Source: Phocaeicola sp. | Lineage (GTDB): Bacteria > Bacteroidota > Bacteroidia > Bacteroidales > Bacteroidaceae | DNA: 64,000 nucleotides | Direction of reading: 5' to 3' | NCBI GenBank assembly: GCA_020026175.1 | Contig: JAHHQV010000004.1 | Span: 4,527-68,526 of the forward strand | Part shown: positions 35,151 to 44,077 of the stretch, piece by piece | Position numbering within the stretch: the first letter of the stretch is position 1 | Layout: each line of letters begins with the position of its first letter | The notes under the pieces: model-generated | What the model was told of the DNA's origin: nothing | Database searches by the model: none | What the model saw: only the letters and a program-made list of their open reading frames with translations | Translations under genes and position numbers: made by a program

Positions 35151-36659
35151 ATGAATAAAACATTATTTTTCCCAGTTATGGCTTTGCCGTTTTGTGGAGT
35201 GTCTGTCGCTTTGGCTGAGAATAAGCCGAATATCATTTTTATAATTACTGACCAGCAACGTGGTGATGCTATAGGATGTGCCGGTAATGATAGAATAATT
35301 ACTCCTAATATAGACAATCTGGCTTCAGAGGGATATTTCTTTAGCAATGCATATTCTTCTACTCCAAGCAGTACTCCTGCCAGGTCAGGTTTACTTACAG
35401 GAATGTCACCGTGGCATCATGGAATGTTGGGATATGGTAGAGTTGCAGAGCACTACAAGTACGAGCTGCCCCAGATGTTGAGTGATAATGGATATTTGAC
35501 ATTGGGTATAGGCAAGATGCACTGGTTCCCGCAAAATTCTCTGCATGGATTCGATGCAACTATAATAGACGAGAGTGGTAGAGTAGAATCGCCTTACTTT
35601 ATGAGCGACTATAGAAAATGGTTTCAGACTGTAGCTCCGGGCAAGAATCCTGATGAAACAGGTATAGGATGGAATGATCATGGTGCTTCCGAATATAAAC
35701 TGACGGAGGAAGTTCATCCAACTACATGGACAGGTGACATGGCTGTAAGTACCATTGAACATTATGATGGAAGCAAGCCGTTGTTTATGAAAATCTCGTT
35801 TGCACGTCCTCATAGTCCTTATGACCCTCCTAAGCGTTTTGTCGATATGTATGATGGTATCGAAATGGAAGCTCCTGCAAAAGGGGAGTGGAGCAAGCAT
35901 ATAGGTGAAAAAGTGACCTCGCCCGAACAGAATCCTGAAGCTGCGTTTGCACAATTGGGAGATGATTATGCCAAGAACAGCAAAATGCATTATTATGCAT
36001 CTATCACTTTTATTGACGAGCAGGTAGGTCGTATTGTTAAGGCTCTGAAGGAGAAAGGCATTTATGATAATACCGTTATATGCTTCACTTCTGATCATGG
36101 AGATATGATGGGCGACCATAATCACTGGAGAAAGACTTATGCCTACGAAGGTTCGGCTGCTATACCTTACATTATAAAGTTTTCAAAATCAGTCAAAGCA
36201 GTGAAGCCTGCTGGAAGTACAATTGATAATCCAGTAGAGCTCCGTGACTTTTTGCCTACATTCGTACAGTTGGCAGGCGGACAAGTTCCTTCAGAGATTG
36301 ATGGTATGTCATTGCTCAGTCTGGTAACTGAAAAATCACCGTCTTGGCGCCGATGGATTGACTTGGAACATGCCACATGTTATTCTGACCATAATTATTG
36401 GTGTGCATTGACCGACGGAAAGATAAAATACATATGGTTCTTGCGAACAGGTGAGGAACAACTGTTTGATTTAGAGAAAGACCCAAAGGAGACAACAGAC
36501 TTGTCGAAGAAAAAGAAATACTCAAAACGCATGGATGAGATGCGTAAAGCAATGGCAGATAATCTTGCAGAGAGAGGTGAAGAATGGGTGAAAGACGGCA
36601 AGTTGGTGACAAGAAACAAAACTATGCTTTATAGTCCACATTATCCAAAATCCAAATAA
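35151..36659 (+). CDS. Ser-type arylsulfatase (S1 family)
   Basis: KPNIIFIITDQQR, STPARSGLLTG (SxPxR), GKMH, SDHG. Confidence 0.93.
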   Translation: MNKTLFFPVMALPFCGVSVALAENKPNIIFIITDQQRGDAIGCAGNDRIITPNIDNLASEGYFFSNAYSSTPSSTPARSGLLTGMSPWHHGMLGYGRVAEHYKYELPQMLSDNGYLTLGIGKMHWFPQNSLHGFDATIIDESGRVESPYFMSDYRKWFQTVAPGKNPDETGIGWNDHGASEYKLTEEVHPTTWTGDMAVSTIEHYDGSKPLFMKISFARPHSPYDPPKRFVDMYDGIEMEAPAKGEWSKHIGEKVTSPEQNPEAAFAQLGDDYAKNSKMHYYASITFIDEQVGRIVKALKEKGIYDNTVICFTSDHGDMMGDHNHWRKTYAYEGSAAIPYIIKFSKSVKAVKPAGSTIDNPVELRDFLPTFVQLAGGQVPSEIDGMSLLSLVTEKSPSWRRWIDLEHATCYSDHNYWCALTDGKIKYIWFLRTGEEQLFDLEKDPKETTDLSKKKKYSKRMDEMRKAMADNLAERGEEWVKDGKLVTRNKTMLYSPHYPKSK

Positions 36660-36719
36660 TTGTTTGTAAATGATAAAACAAGGATAGAGTAGTATACCCG
36701 TATGATATCCTTGCAGAAT

Positions 36720-36762
36720 GATTCGCCCCTGTTACAATTTAATTGTAGCAGGGGCGAATTTT
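36720..36762. terminator. Terminator between convergent genes
   Basis: ATTCGCCCCTGTTACAAT / ATTGTAGCAGGGGCGAAT. Confidence 0.8.
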
Positions 36763-36783
36763 CATCTATATCATTCGGAGTAC

Positions 36784-37956
36784 CTATTTGTATGATTTTT
36801 CGTATATGCCAAGAATTTCATTGTCGGTAAGAGGTCGTGGATCTAACGTAAACAAGGCTCCCATAGTGTCTTTGGCATTTGCTACCATTTTAGGGAAATC
36901 TTCTTTTTTAACTCCCCAATCACTAAGTTTCAGACCGTACACATTACATTCTTTCTGCATTTTTACAAGAGCGTCTATAAAGTCACTTGGTCTGTTGCTT
37001 TTCTGTTGTGTCATTATTTCAGCCATTTTCATGAACCTTTTCATGCAGTCATTCTTGAATGTTTCAAAATAAGTTTCACTTATGGCTATAAGTCCTGCTC
37101 CATGAGGAAGTTCAGGATAGTATGCACTCATTGCATGTCCCATCGAGTGTTCTGAAGTGCAGCTTGACGTAGATTCCACCATACCAGCCAATGTACCTGC
37201 CCATGCAACTTTGGCTCTTGCTTTAAGGTTTTTGCCGTCATTTACAGCTACAGGTAGATATTTGTAAAGCAGACGTATGGCTTCAAGTGCATAAAGGTCG
37301 CTAATAGGAGTGGCACAATTGGCTATAAATCCTTCGGCTGCATGCAGGAATGCGTCAAATCCATGATAGGCTGTGAGTTGTGGTGGAACAGAAACCATCA
37401 ATTCAGGGTCTATAATAGACAGATAAGGGAATGTAATTTCACATCCGAATCCAATTTTTTCATTATTTTCCGTGTTTGTGATAACAGTCCAAGGGTCTAC
37501 TTCCGTTCCCGTTCCAGATGTAGTAGGAATAGCAATTATCGGCAGTGCCTTTGATACCAGGCGTCCCTTTCCGCTTCCGCTTTGCATATAGTCCCAATAG
37601 TCGCCGTCGTTGCATGCCATTATAGCTATAGCTTTTGCAGAGTCTATAGAGCTGCCACCTCCAAGCCCTACCAGCATGTCGCATTTCATTTCCTTACATA
37701 TTGCAGCCCCTTCCATCACATGCTCTTTTATAGGGTTAGGCTGTATCTTGTCGAAAACAATAGTGTCTACATCATTTTCCTTCAGTAGATTTATTATTTT
37801 ATCAAGATAACCAAATTTACGCATTGAAGAACCGGCAGATATGACAATCATGGCTTTTTTGCCTGGCAATACTTCTGTGGCAAGATTCCTTATCTCACCA
37901 CAGCCAAACATCACTTTAGTAGGGATGTTGAGGCTAAAAACAGGATTAGTATTCAT
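36784..37956 (-). CDS. Iron-containing alcohol dehydrogenase
   Basis: GLGGGSSID, PTTSGTGTE, DAFLH, HSMGH, HGAG. Confidence 0.93.
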   Translation of the reverse strand: MNTNPVFSLNIPTKVMFGCGEIRNLATEVLPGKKAMIVISAGSSMRKFGYLDKIINLLKENDVDTIVFDKIQPNPIKEHVMEGAAICKEMKCDMLVGLGGGSSIDSAKAIAIMACNDGDYWDYMQSGSGKGRLVSKALPIIAIPTTSGTGTEVDPWTVITNTENNEKIGFGCEITFPYLSIIDPELMVSVPPQLTAYHGFDAFLHAAEGFIANCATPISDLYALEAIRLLYKYLPVAVNDGKNLKARAKVAWAGTLAGMVESTSSCTSEHSMGHAMSAYYPELPHGAGLIAISETYFETFKNDCMKRFMKMAEIMTQQKSNRPSDFIDALVKMQKECNVYGLKLSDWGVKKEDFPKMVANAKDTMGALFTLDPRPLTDNEILGIYEKSYK

Positions 37957-38123
37957 AATGTTTTTAGTTTTAAAGTTAGTATATCCAAATATAATGATTA
38001 AAGGTGATAATAGCATAAACTTTGTGTTAAAAAAAACTATCCTACATTTGTGGTTGAAACTTTTCATTATCCTTTTTATGGAATGAAATTAGTATCTTTG
38101 CTTCTCATTTAATAAAAAGTGTT

Positions 38124-40346
38124 ATGTCGTCATCTAAAACAATAAAGAAGAATTTCCCTGTTATGGGAATGAGTTGTGCAGCTTGTGCTGCAAGAGTAGA
38201 GAAAACATTGAACAAGCAGACGGGTGTTACGTCTTCTGCTGTAAATCTGGCAGCAGAGCTGGCTACCGTAGAGTATAACCCTGATGAATGTTCGCCTGAG
38301 ATGTTGAAGGAAGCTATAGAGAGGGTTGGATTCGAACTTCTGATAGAAGACAAAAAAGAGGTAGAGCAGAAAGCAGAAGAGACACGAACAGAACATTTCA
38401 ACAGTCTTAAAAAACGTACTATATGGGCACTTGCATTGGCTTTACCTGTGTCTGTCATAGCCATGTTTTTCCACGACATGCCATACGCCTCGTATATAAT
38501 GGCATTGCTGTCTGCTCCGGTTGTCTTTGGCTTTGGAGGCAGTTTCTTTGTAAATGCCTGGCGTCTGTTGAAGAAAGGCTCGGCCAATATGGACACTCTT
38601 GTGGCAAGCAGTACAGGAGTTGCTTATACATTCAGCCTTTTCAATCTGTTTTTTCCTGAATATCTTTTAAGTCATGGCATAACACCTCATGTATATTTTG
38701 AGGCATCTTCTATGATTGTATCTTTTATTCTTTTGGGAAGGATGCTCGAAGACAGGGCAAAGGGGAATACTGCCGAAGCGATAAAGAAACTTATGGGCCT
38801 ACGGCCTAATACGGTTGTCGTGATAAGGAATGGCAACGAGCAGGAAATAGAAGTAGACAATATCTTGACGGGGGATATTATACTGGTAAAGCCAGGCGAG
38901 CGTATAGCGGTAGATGGCACTATAGTAGATGGCAGCTCATATGTGGATGAAAGTATGCTTACCGGCGAACCTATGTCTGTACTCAAGAAATCGGGAGAAA
39001 GTGTTTTTGCAGGTACCATAAACCAGAATGGTAGCTTCACGTTCAGAGCCGACAAGGTAGGCGAGGAAACTGTTCTTGCCCATATCATCAAGATGGTACA
39101 GGAAGCTCAGGGCAGTAAGGCGCCTGTTCAGAAGTTGGTAGACAAGGTAGCTGCAATATTTGTTCCGGTAATATTCTTTGTTGCTATTCTGTCGTTTGTC
39201 TTGTGGATATTGTTCGACAACGAGAATGGAGTCACTCACGGATTTCTTGCTGCCGTTACAGTATTGGTAGTGGCTTGTCCGTGTGCCTTAGGCCTTGCCA
39301 CACCTACAGCTATAATGGTGGGTATAGGCAAAGGTGCGGAAAATGGAATACTGATAAAGGATGCCGACAGTCTTGAGATTGCAAGAAAAGTAGATACGGT
39401 GGTACTTGATAAAACTGGTACCATAACATACGGAAAACCTGTTGTGACAGACTGGTTATGGATTGACGAACGTAAGCAGTTGAAGGATATATTGTGCAGT
39501 ATCGAACGAATGTCCGAACATCCTCTGGCAAGTGCCATTACAGGAAGTTCCGACTATGACAATATACAGATTTCAGCGTTTGAAAGCTTCACGGGAATGG
39601 GTGTGAAAGGTTGTTACGATGGTAAAACATACTTTGCAGGCAACAGACGTATGATAGAAGATTATGGTATAAACATATCATCAGAGGTCGAGAAATATGC
39701 AGAAAGTCTATCTGAAGAAGGAAAAACATCAGTATGGTTTGCTGATGATGAAAATGTTCTTTGCATATGCGGCATAACCGACAGCATTAAGCCTACATCG
39801 GCAAGTGCAGTATCCAAACTCCGTTCTATGGGTATAAAGGTAGTGATGCTTACAGGTGATGCCGAGGCACCTGCGCGTATAATAGCCCGTCATGCAGGAG
39901 TTGACAGCTACCGTTCGGAAGTCACTCCGTTGCAGAAGGCCGAGTTTATAAGACAGCTACGCAAGGAGGGCAGGATAGTGGCAATGTCTGGAGATGGTAT
40001 AAACGACAGTGCTGCATTGGCAGAGGCCGATTTGAGTATAGCTATGGGAAAGGGCAGTGATATAGCCATGGATATATCTAAAGTCACTATAATGTCTTCC
40101 GACCTTGAAAAGATAGCCGATACTATAAATCTCTCTCGCAAGATAGTTCGTACTATCCGTCAGAATCTGTTCTGGGCTTTCTTCTATAATGTGATAGGAA
40201 TACCGGTTGCAGCCGGAGTCTTTTATCCCATCAATGGATTTCTTATCAATCCTATGATAGCCAGTGCAACAATGGCGATGAGCAGTGTATGTGTAGTTTC
40301 CAATAGTCTGCGTATACGCATGCAAAAGAAAAATGATTTGCATTGA
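38124..40346 (+). CDS. copA: Cu(I)-translocating P1B-type ATPase
   Basis: GMSCAAC HMA domain, TGE, ACPCALG, DKTGT, SEHP, GDGIND, YN...MAMSS. Confidence 0.93.
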   Translation: MSSSKTIKKNFPVMGMSCAACAARVEKTLNKQTGVTSSAVNLAAELATVEYNPDECSPEMLKEAIERVGFELLIEDKKEVEQKAEETRTEHFNSLKKRTIWALALALPVSVIAMFFHDMPYASYIMALLSAPVVFGFGGSFFVNAWRLLKKGSANMDTLVASSTGVAYTFSLFNLFFPEYLLSHGITPHVYFEASSMIVSFILLGRMLEDRAKGNTAEAIKKLMGLRPNTVVVIRNGNEQEIEVDNILTGDIILVKPGERIAVDGTIVDGSSYVDESMLTGEPMSVLKKSGESVFAGTINQNGSFTFRADKVGEETVLAHIIKMVQEAQGSKAPVQKLVDKVAAIFVPVIFFVAILSFVLWILFDNENGVTHGFLAAVTVLVVACPCALGLATPTAIMVGIGKGAENGILIKDADSLEIARKVDTVVLDKTGTITYGKPVVTDWLWIDERKQLKDILCSIERMSEHPLASAITGSSDYDNIQISAFESFTGMGVKGCYDGKTYFAGNRRMIEDYGINISSEVEKYAESLSEEGKTSVWFADDENVLCICGITDSIKPTSASAVSKLRSMGIKVVMLTGDAEAPARIIARHAGVDSYRSEVTPLQKAEFIRQLRKEGRIVAMSGDGINDSAALAEADLSIAMGKGSDIAMDISKVTIMSSDLEKIADTINLSRKIVRTIRQNLFWAFFYNVIGIPVAAGVFYPINGFLINPMIASATMAMSSVCVVSNSLRIRMQKKNDLH

Positions 40347-40353
40347 GTAAGTT

Positions 40354-40414
40354 TATATGATTTCTGCCACCTTATATCTTTGGTATTTTGATATATGGTG
40401 GCAGAAATCATATA
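40354..40414. terminator. Long inverted repeat after copA
   Basis: TATATGATTTCTGCCACC / GGTGGCAGAAATCATATA 18-bp arms. Confidence 0.65.
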
Positions 40415-40507
40415 TATGGGCAATGTAATTAAGCAGAAACCAGCCGGGAATCTTAGAATACCGGCGTATTGGTGCATCATTGTTGGTAGGAGTTTCTTGA
40501 ATTAATG

Positions 40508-40756
40508 TTATAATCTGTCCAGTTCCTTAAAATCTTGCTCATGGCTTCTGTTCTTTTCTTTACCAAATCGGTATGAAATATTCAACTTTATTTGTCTTGA
40601 TTCCCCTTTTCCCCTGTTCCAAAGTTTGAAACCGTTGAAAGAACTATTACTGTTCCAATTACTTGTCCAAAACATGTCGGTGAACGAAAAATTTACAGTT
40701 AGTCTCTTTCCCATAAAAGATCGTCCCAAAGCCATGTCGACATATCCGCTAGGTTT
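40508..40756 (-). pseudogene. C-terminal remnant of an outer-membrane beta-barrel (TonB-dependent-like) protein
   Basis: KPSGYVDMALGRSF...FSFTDMFWT...ESRQIKLNISYRFGK...ELDRL; upstream part absent. Confidence 0.65.
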
Positions 40757-40883
40757 TTATGATTGTAAAAATAATACATCAAATTCGAATAATCCTTGTT
40801 CTTGATATATTATTTCTGTGTGTTTCTTGCCAAAATAGTGTGTCGGAAAAGACTTGAATAGTATATATCTATAGGTTTAAATA

Positions 40884-40945
40884 AAAACGCCTAGGCGTTT
40901 TACTTCGAACGATTAGTTATTCGGGTAAAAACGATTAGGCGTTTT
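40884..40945. repeat. Three 18-bp palindromic units, 22-bp period
   Basis: AAAACGCCTAGGCGTTTT, CGAACGATTAGTTATTCG, AAAACGATTAGGCGTTTT. Confidence 0.85.
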
Positions 40946-41033
40946 TTTTAGACCTTTCTCTACATGCTGAATTAAAGGCATTATGATGTTTGAAATAAGA
41001 TAGCCTTTTTACAGTCGTGGAAAGGATTTGTTG

Positions 41034-41696
41034 TTATTCTTTATGTGCATTTCGGAAGTCACGCAGACGGTTGTTCCAGTCGGTTACTTCCGGTCTCTCC
41101 ATTTCGGTAGATTCGCCAAACAACAGGTCGATGATGTAGCGTGGGCGTTTTCCTCCTACTGCCATGCTCATGATGCATGAGGCGCAATATACCACAACAT
41201 CCTGACAAGGCATTTCGTCGGCTCTGGCTCTCATAAGGCTTTCTACCTTGGCGGTTTCCAGCTTGCCATAGAATACTTGTCCGCAGCATTTGGCACGTGT
41301 ACCCGTTTTGGCAGGTTCTACCAACTTGATGTTCATTCTTTCCAGCAGACGCCGTATGGTAGAAAGAGCTTCCGGTTGGGTACGTGCTGCACAAGTATCT
41401 TGTATGCTCATTTCGATACCCCCATAGTCGGGAAAAGGAAAATCTTCACTTTCGGCCAGTTTGCTCAAGAAGAACATGACAGTATGGTTGGGATAGAGCT
41501 TACGGTAACTTGCAGCACATGTTACGCAAGGTGTTATTATACAGGTATCATCTTCTGATATTTTGGGAGAATTGAAACAGCAGTTCAGCAGAGTTTCTAC
41601 CGGACCGAATACTTTCTGTATTTCTTGTTTAAGTTTTTCTGCCAGATGTGGTTTGTATGACATAAGCGCACATCCAGGCGCATAGATGTATTGCAT
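41034..41696 (-). CDS. CCG-domain (HdrB/GlpC-like) Fe-S protein
   Basis: YAPGC...CC...PCVTC and QDTC...KCCG...YCASC: two CCG-type Cys arrays. Confidence 0.8.
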   Translation of the reverse strand: MQYIYAPGCALMSYKPHLAEKLKQEIQKVFGPVETLLNCCFNSPKISEDDTCIITPCVTCAASYRKLYPNHTVMFFLSKLAESEDFPFPDYGGIEMSIQDTCAARTQPEALSTIRRLLERMNIKLVEPAKTGTRAKCCGQVFYGKLETAKVESLMRARADEMPCQDVVVYCASCIMSMAVGGKRPRYIIDLLFGESTEMERPEVTDWNNRLRDFRNAHKE

Positions 41697-41710
41697 AAAT
41701 ATGTAATTGG

Positions 41711-44077
41711 TTAGTTTCGTCTTGAATAAGATATTATTCCCGGAACAATGAAGCACAATATAAATGCCAAGTAAACCCATGTAGGAATGGCAGAGAGGGC
41801 ATCATGGCTTCCATATGAGTGCATCCCACTTAGGAAATAGTTCACTCCGAGGAAGGTCATTAAAATGGATAAGAAAGATTCTTGTGCCAGTAGATTGAAT
41901 AGCCGGTCATCTTTTTTCTTCATAAACCATCTTAGATGCAGCACTGCGATATAGACTGTCAATGTAATCAGTGCCCATGTCTCTTTTGGATCCCAACTCC
42001 AGTATCTGCCCCATGATTCATTAGCCCAAATCGCACCGAGGAAAATACCGACGGCAAGAAGTGCCGTGCCAAGAATCATAGACAGTTCGTTGATGAGGCT
42101 CATTTGTCGGAGCAATGGAGAAATATAATCTTTCTTTGATGCCGACAGGCAAAGATATGCTATACCTATCATGGCACATATGCCCAAGAAACCATAAGCC
42201 ATAACCAATGTAGCTACGTGTGCCATAAGCCAAGGTGACTTCAGTACAGGGACTAGAGGGGTTATTTGCGGGTCCATCCAGCTCAGTCCGGAAACGAATA
42301 ATACAATGCCTCCAAACAGTGTTGCCAGTGCTGTTATAAGGGTATTCTTCTTTAAGAAAACAAAACCGCAAAACACTCCTGCCCAAGCAAGGGTAACCAT
42401 TGTCTCGTATGAATTAGACCATGGTGCATAACCCGAAATATACCATCGCATGCCAAGCCCTAAAGTATGCAGTATAAAGAAGAAACATACTGCCAATGGC
42501 AGTCCTCTGCGTATTGCTTTTGATGTATTGCTTGCTGATGCAGATACAGTAAAATAGGAGAAAATCATGCATATGCCCAATAACAGATATCCAATACGGC
42601 ATAGCTTGGGTATATTCAGATTGTTGTACGTCACTTCCATTTTCAGCTTTTTATGATTGATATGCTCTCCCTTGCATTGTTGCATCAGTGTATTTGCCAC
42701 CATGTTGAGCAACGAGTCGGCTTTAGTCCAGTTTCCAGACTTGTCGGATTGAACTATTTGATGCAGATATTGGTTGAACAATATTGCCAAATCTGAAGTT
42801 GCAGGATGCTGCATTGCTTCATCAAATGACAACCATCTATGTGAGATGGTATCCGTCGGGTTAGGGAAAATTCGTGGCATATGTCGGGTGAGCAGTTCGT
42901 GGAAAAGGTTTATGCGATCGTCTATCTTTAGCAGTTCTTTATCCATTCGGGTTCGTGCTGAAGGATCTTTCGCATATATTTGTTCCATATCCCTTGCCAG
43001 ACGATAGCTGCCTTGCTCATCAAAGGCATCACGATAAGAAATCCTTTTCCCTTGCCATCCAAAACGTGCAGCCAATTCAGTTTCGTTCACCTCTACAAGA
43101 GGAATCATAGACCAGTCGTTTGGATAGACCATTAAACTGAGCAGAAATTGTTCGGGAGTCAAATTCCCTATAATATCTTTGGCCTTGAACTTTCTTACTA
43201 TTTCGGAGGCGAAAGTATGTACAGGGATGATTCTGCCGTTGTTTGATTGCATTGGAATTTGGCTGAATTGTGTTGCATGAGACGAATCTATAAGAGGCTT
43301 TTGCGATGCAACACTCTCAGTGAAGCACAAGAAGATAAGACTTAAGTATAAACCGTTTTTGTTACTTAACAGTTTCCATAGTCGGCGTAGACGGGTGTGT
43401 TTGTCGAATAACATCAAAGTCAATCCGATAAACAACATTATATAGCCTGTATATGTCAAAGTACGTCCTGGAACATCGTAGTTTACTGATAGGATGCTTC
43501 CTTGTTCATCTTGGTCATACGAAGCCTGATAGAAACGGTATCCATGAAAGTCGAGTACATTATTCATGTAAACCTTTTGCTCGAAAGATTTTCCTTGATG
43601 ATGGATCCTAAGGAAACTCTCATATGACGAGGGGCTTTGCGAGCCAGGGTATCTGGTCAATTTGAAGTCAATAAGTTCTATCTCGAACGGAAGCTGATAG
43701 AAGTTTTGCAGTTCACCTTGTTTAAGGATAATCTGTCCAGAACGTGCTCCTTCTCTTAGGTGTAACATACCCTCCTTGCCATAGAGGTGAGTTACTGTTG
43801 CTCCTGCAAGTATGGCTATCAGTGACGAATGTATGACTAAGTAGGTCCATTTGCGGTTTGATGCTAACTTGTATCTGATGGTGATGAAGATAAAATTTAG
43901 CACCATCAGAAACTGGAGTAAGAAGAATAAGGGGGAATAGTAAATAAGTGACTTGGCTACAGACGTGCCATAAAATTTTTCTATTACTGTAGCTATAGCC
44001 ATAATTATAATAAAAATTGCAAGCAATGACAATGTAGTCCTTCTTGAAGAAATAATTTGCTGTAATCCTTTATTCAT
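41711..44077 (-). CDS. ccsA: Fused System II cytochrome c synthase CcsBA (ResB-ResC)
   Basis: IHSSL, YRFYQASYD ResB-like part; WLMAHV, WANESWGRYWSWDPKETW (WWD motif), GMHSY. Confidence 0.92.
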   Translation of the reverse strand: MNKGLQQIISSRRTTLSLLAIFIIIMAIATVIEKFYGTSVAKSLIYYSPLFFLLQFLMVLNFIFITIRYKLASNRKWTYLVIHSSLIAILAGATVTHLYGKEGMLHLREGARSGQIILKQGELQNFYQLPFEIELIDFKLTRYPGSQSPSSYESFLRIHHQGKSFEQKVYMNNVLDFHGYRFYQASYDQDEQGSILSVNYDVPGRTLTYTGYIMLFIGLTLMLFDKHTRLRRLWKLLSNKNGLYLSLIFLCFTESVASQKPLIDSSHATQFSQIPMQSNNGRIIPVHTFASEIVRKFKAKDIIGNLTPEQFLLSLMVYPNDWSMIPLVEVNETELAARFGWQGKRISYRDAFDEQGSYRLARDMEQIYAKDPSARTRMDKELLKIDDRINLFHELLTRHMPRIFPNPTDTISHRWLSFDEAMQHPATSDLAILFNQYLHQIVQSDKSGNWTKADSLLNMVANTLMQQCKGEHINHKKLKMEVTYNNLNIPKLCRIGYLLLGICMIFSYFTVSASASNTSKAIRRGLPLAVCFFFILHTLGLGMRWYISGYAPWSNSYETMVTLAWAGVFCGFVFLKKNTLITALATLFGGIVLFVSGLSWMDPQITPLVPVLKSPWLMAHVATLVMAYGFLGICAMIGIAYLCLSASKKDYISPLLRQMSLINELSMILGTALLAVGIFLGAIWANESWGRYWSWDPKETWALITLTVYIAVLHLRWFMKKKDDRLFNLLAQESFLSILMTFLGVNYFLSGMHSYGSHDALSAIPTWVYLAFILCFIVPGIISYSRRN

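Noticed and set aside
40884..40945. 22-bp arrays (here and at 63243-63326) as CRISPR
   Set aside because: Only 4 bp between units, no ~30-bp spacers and no cas genes.
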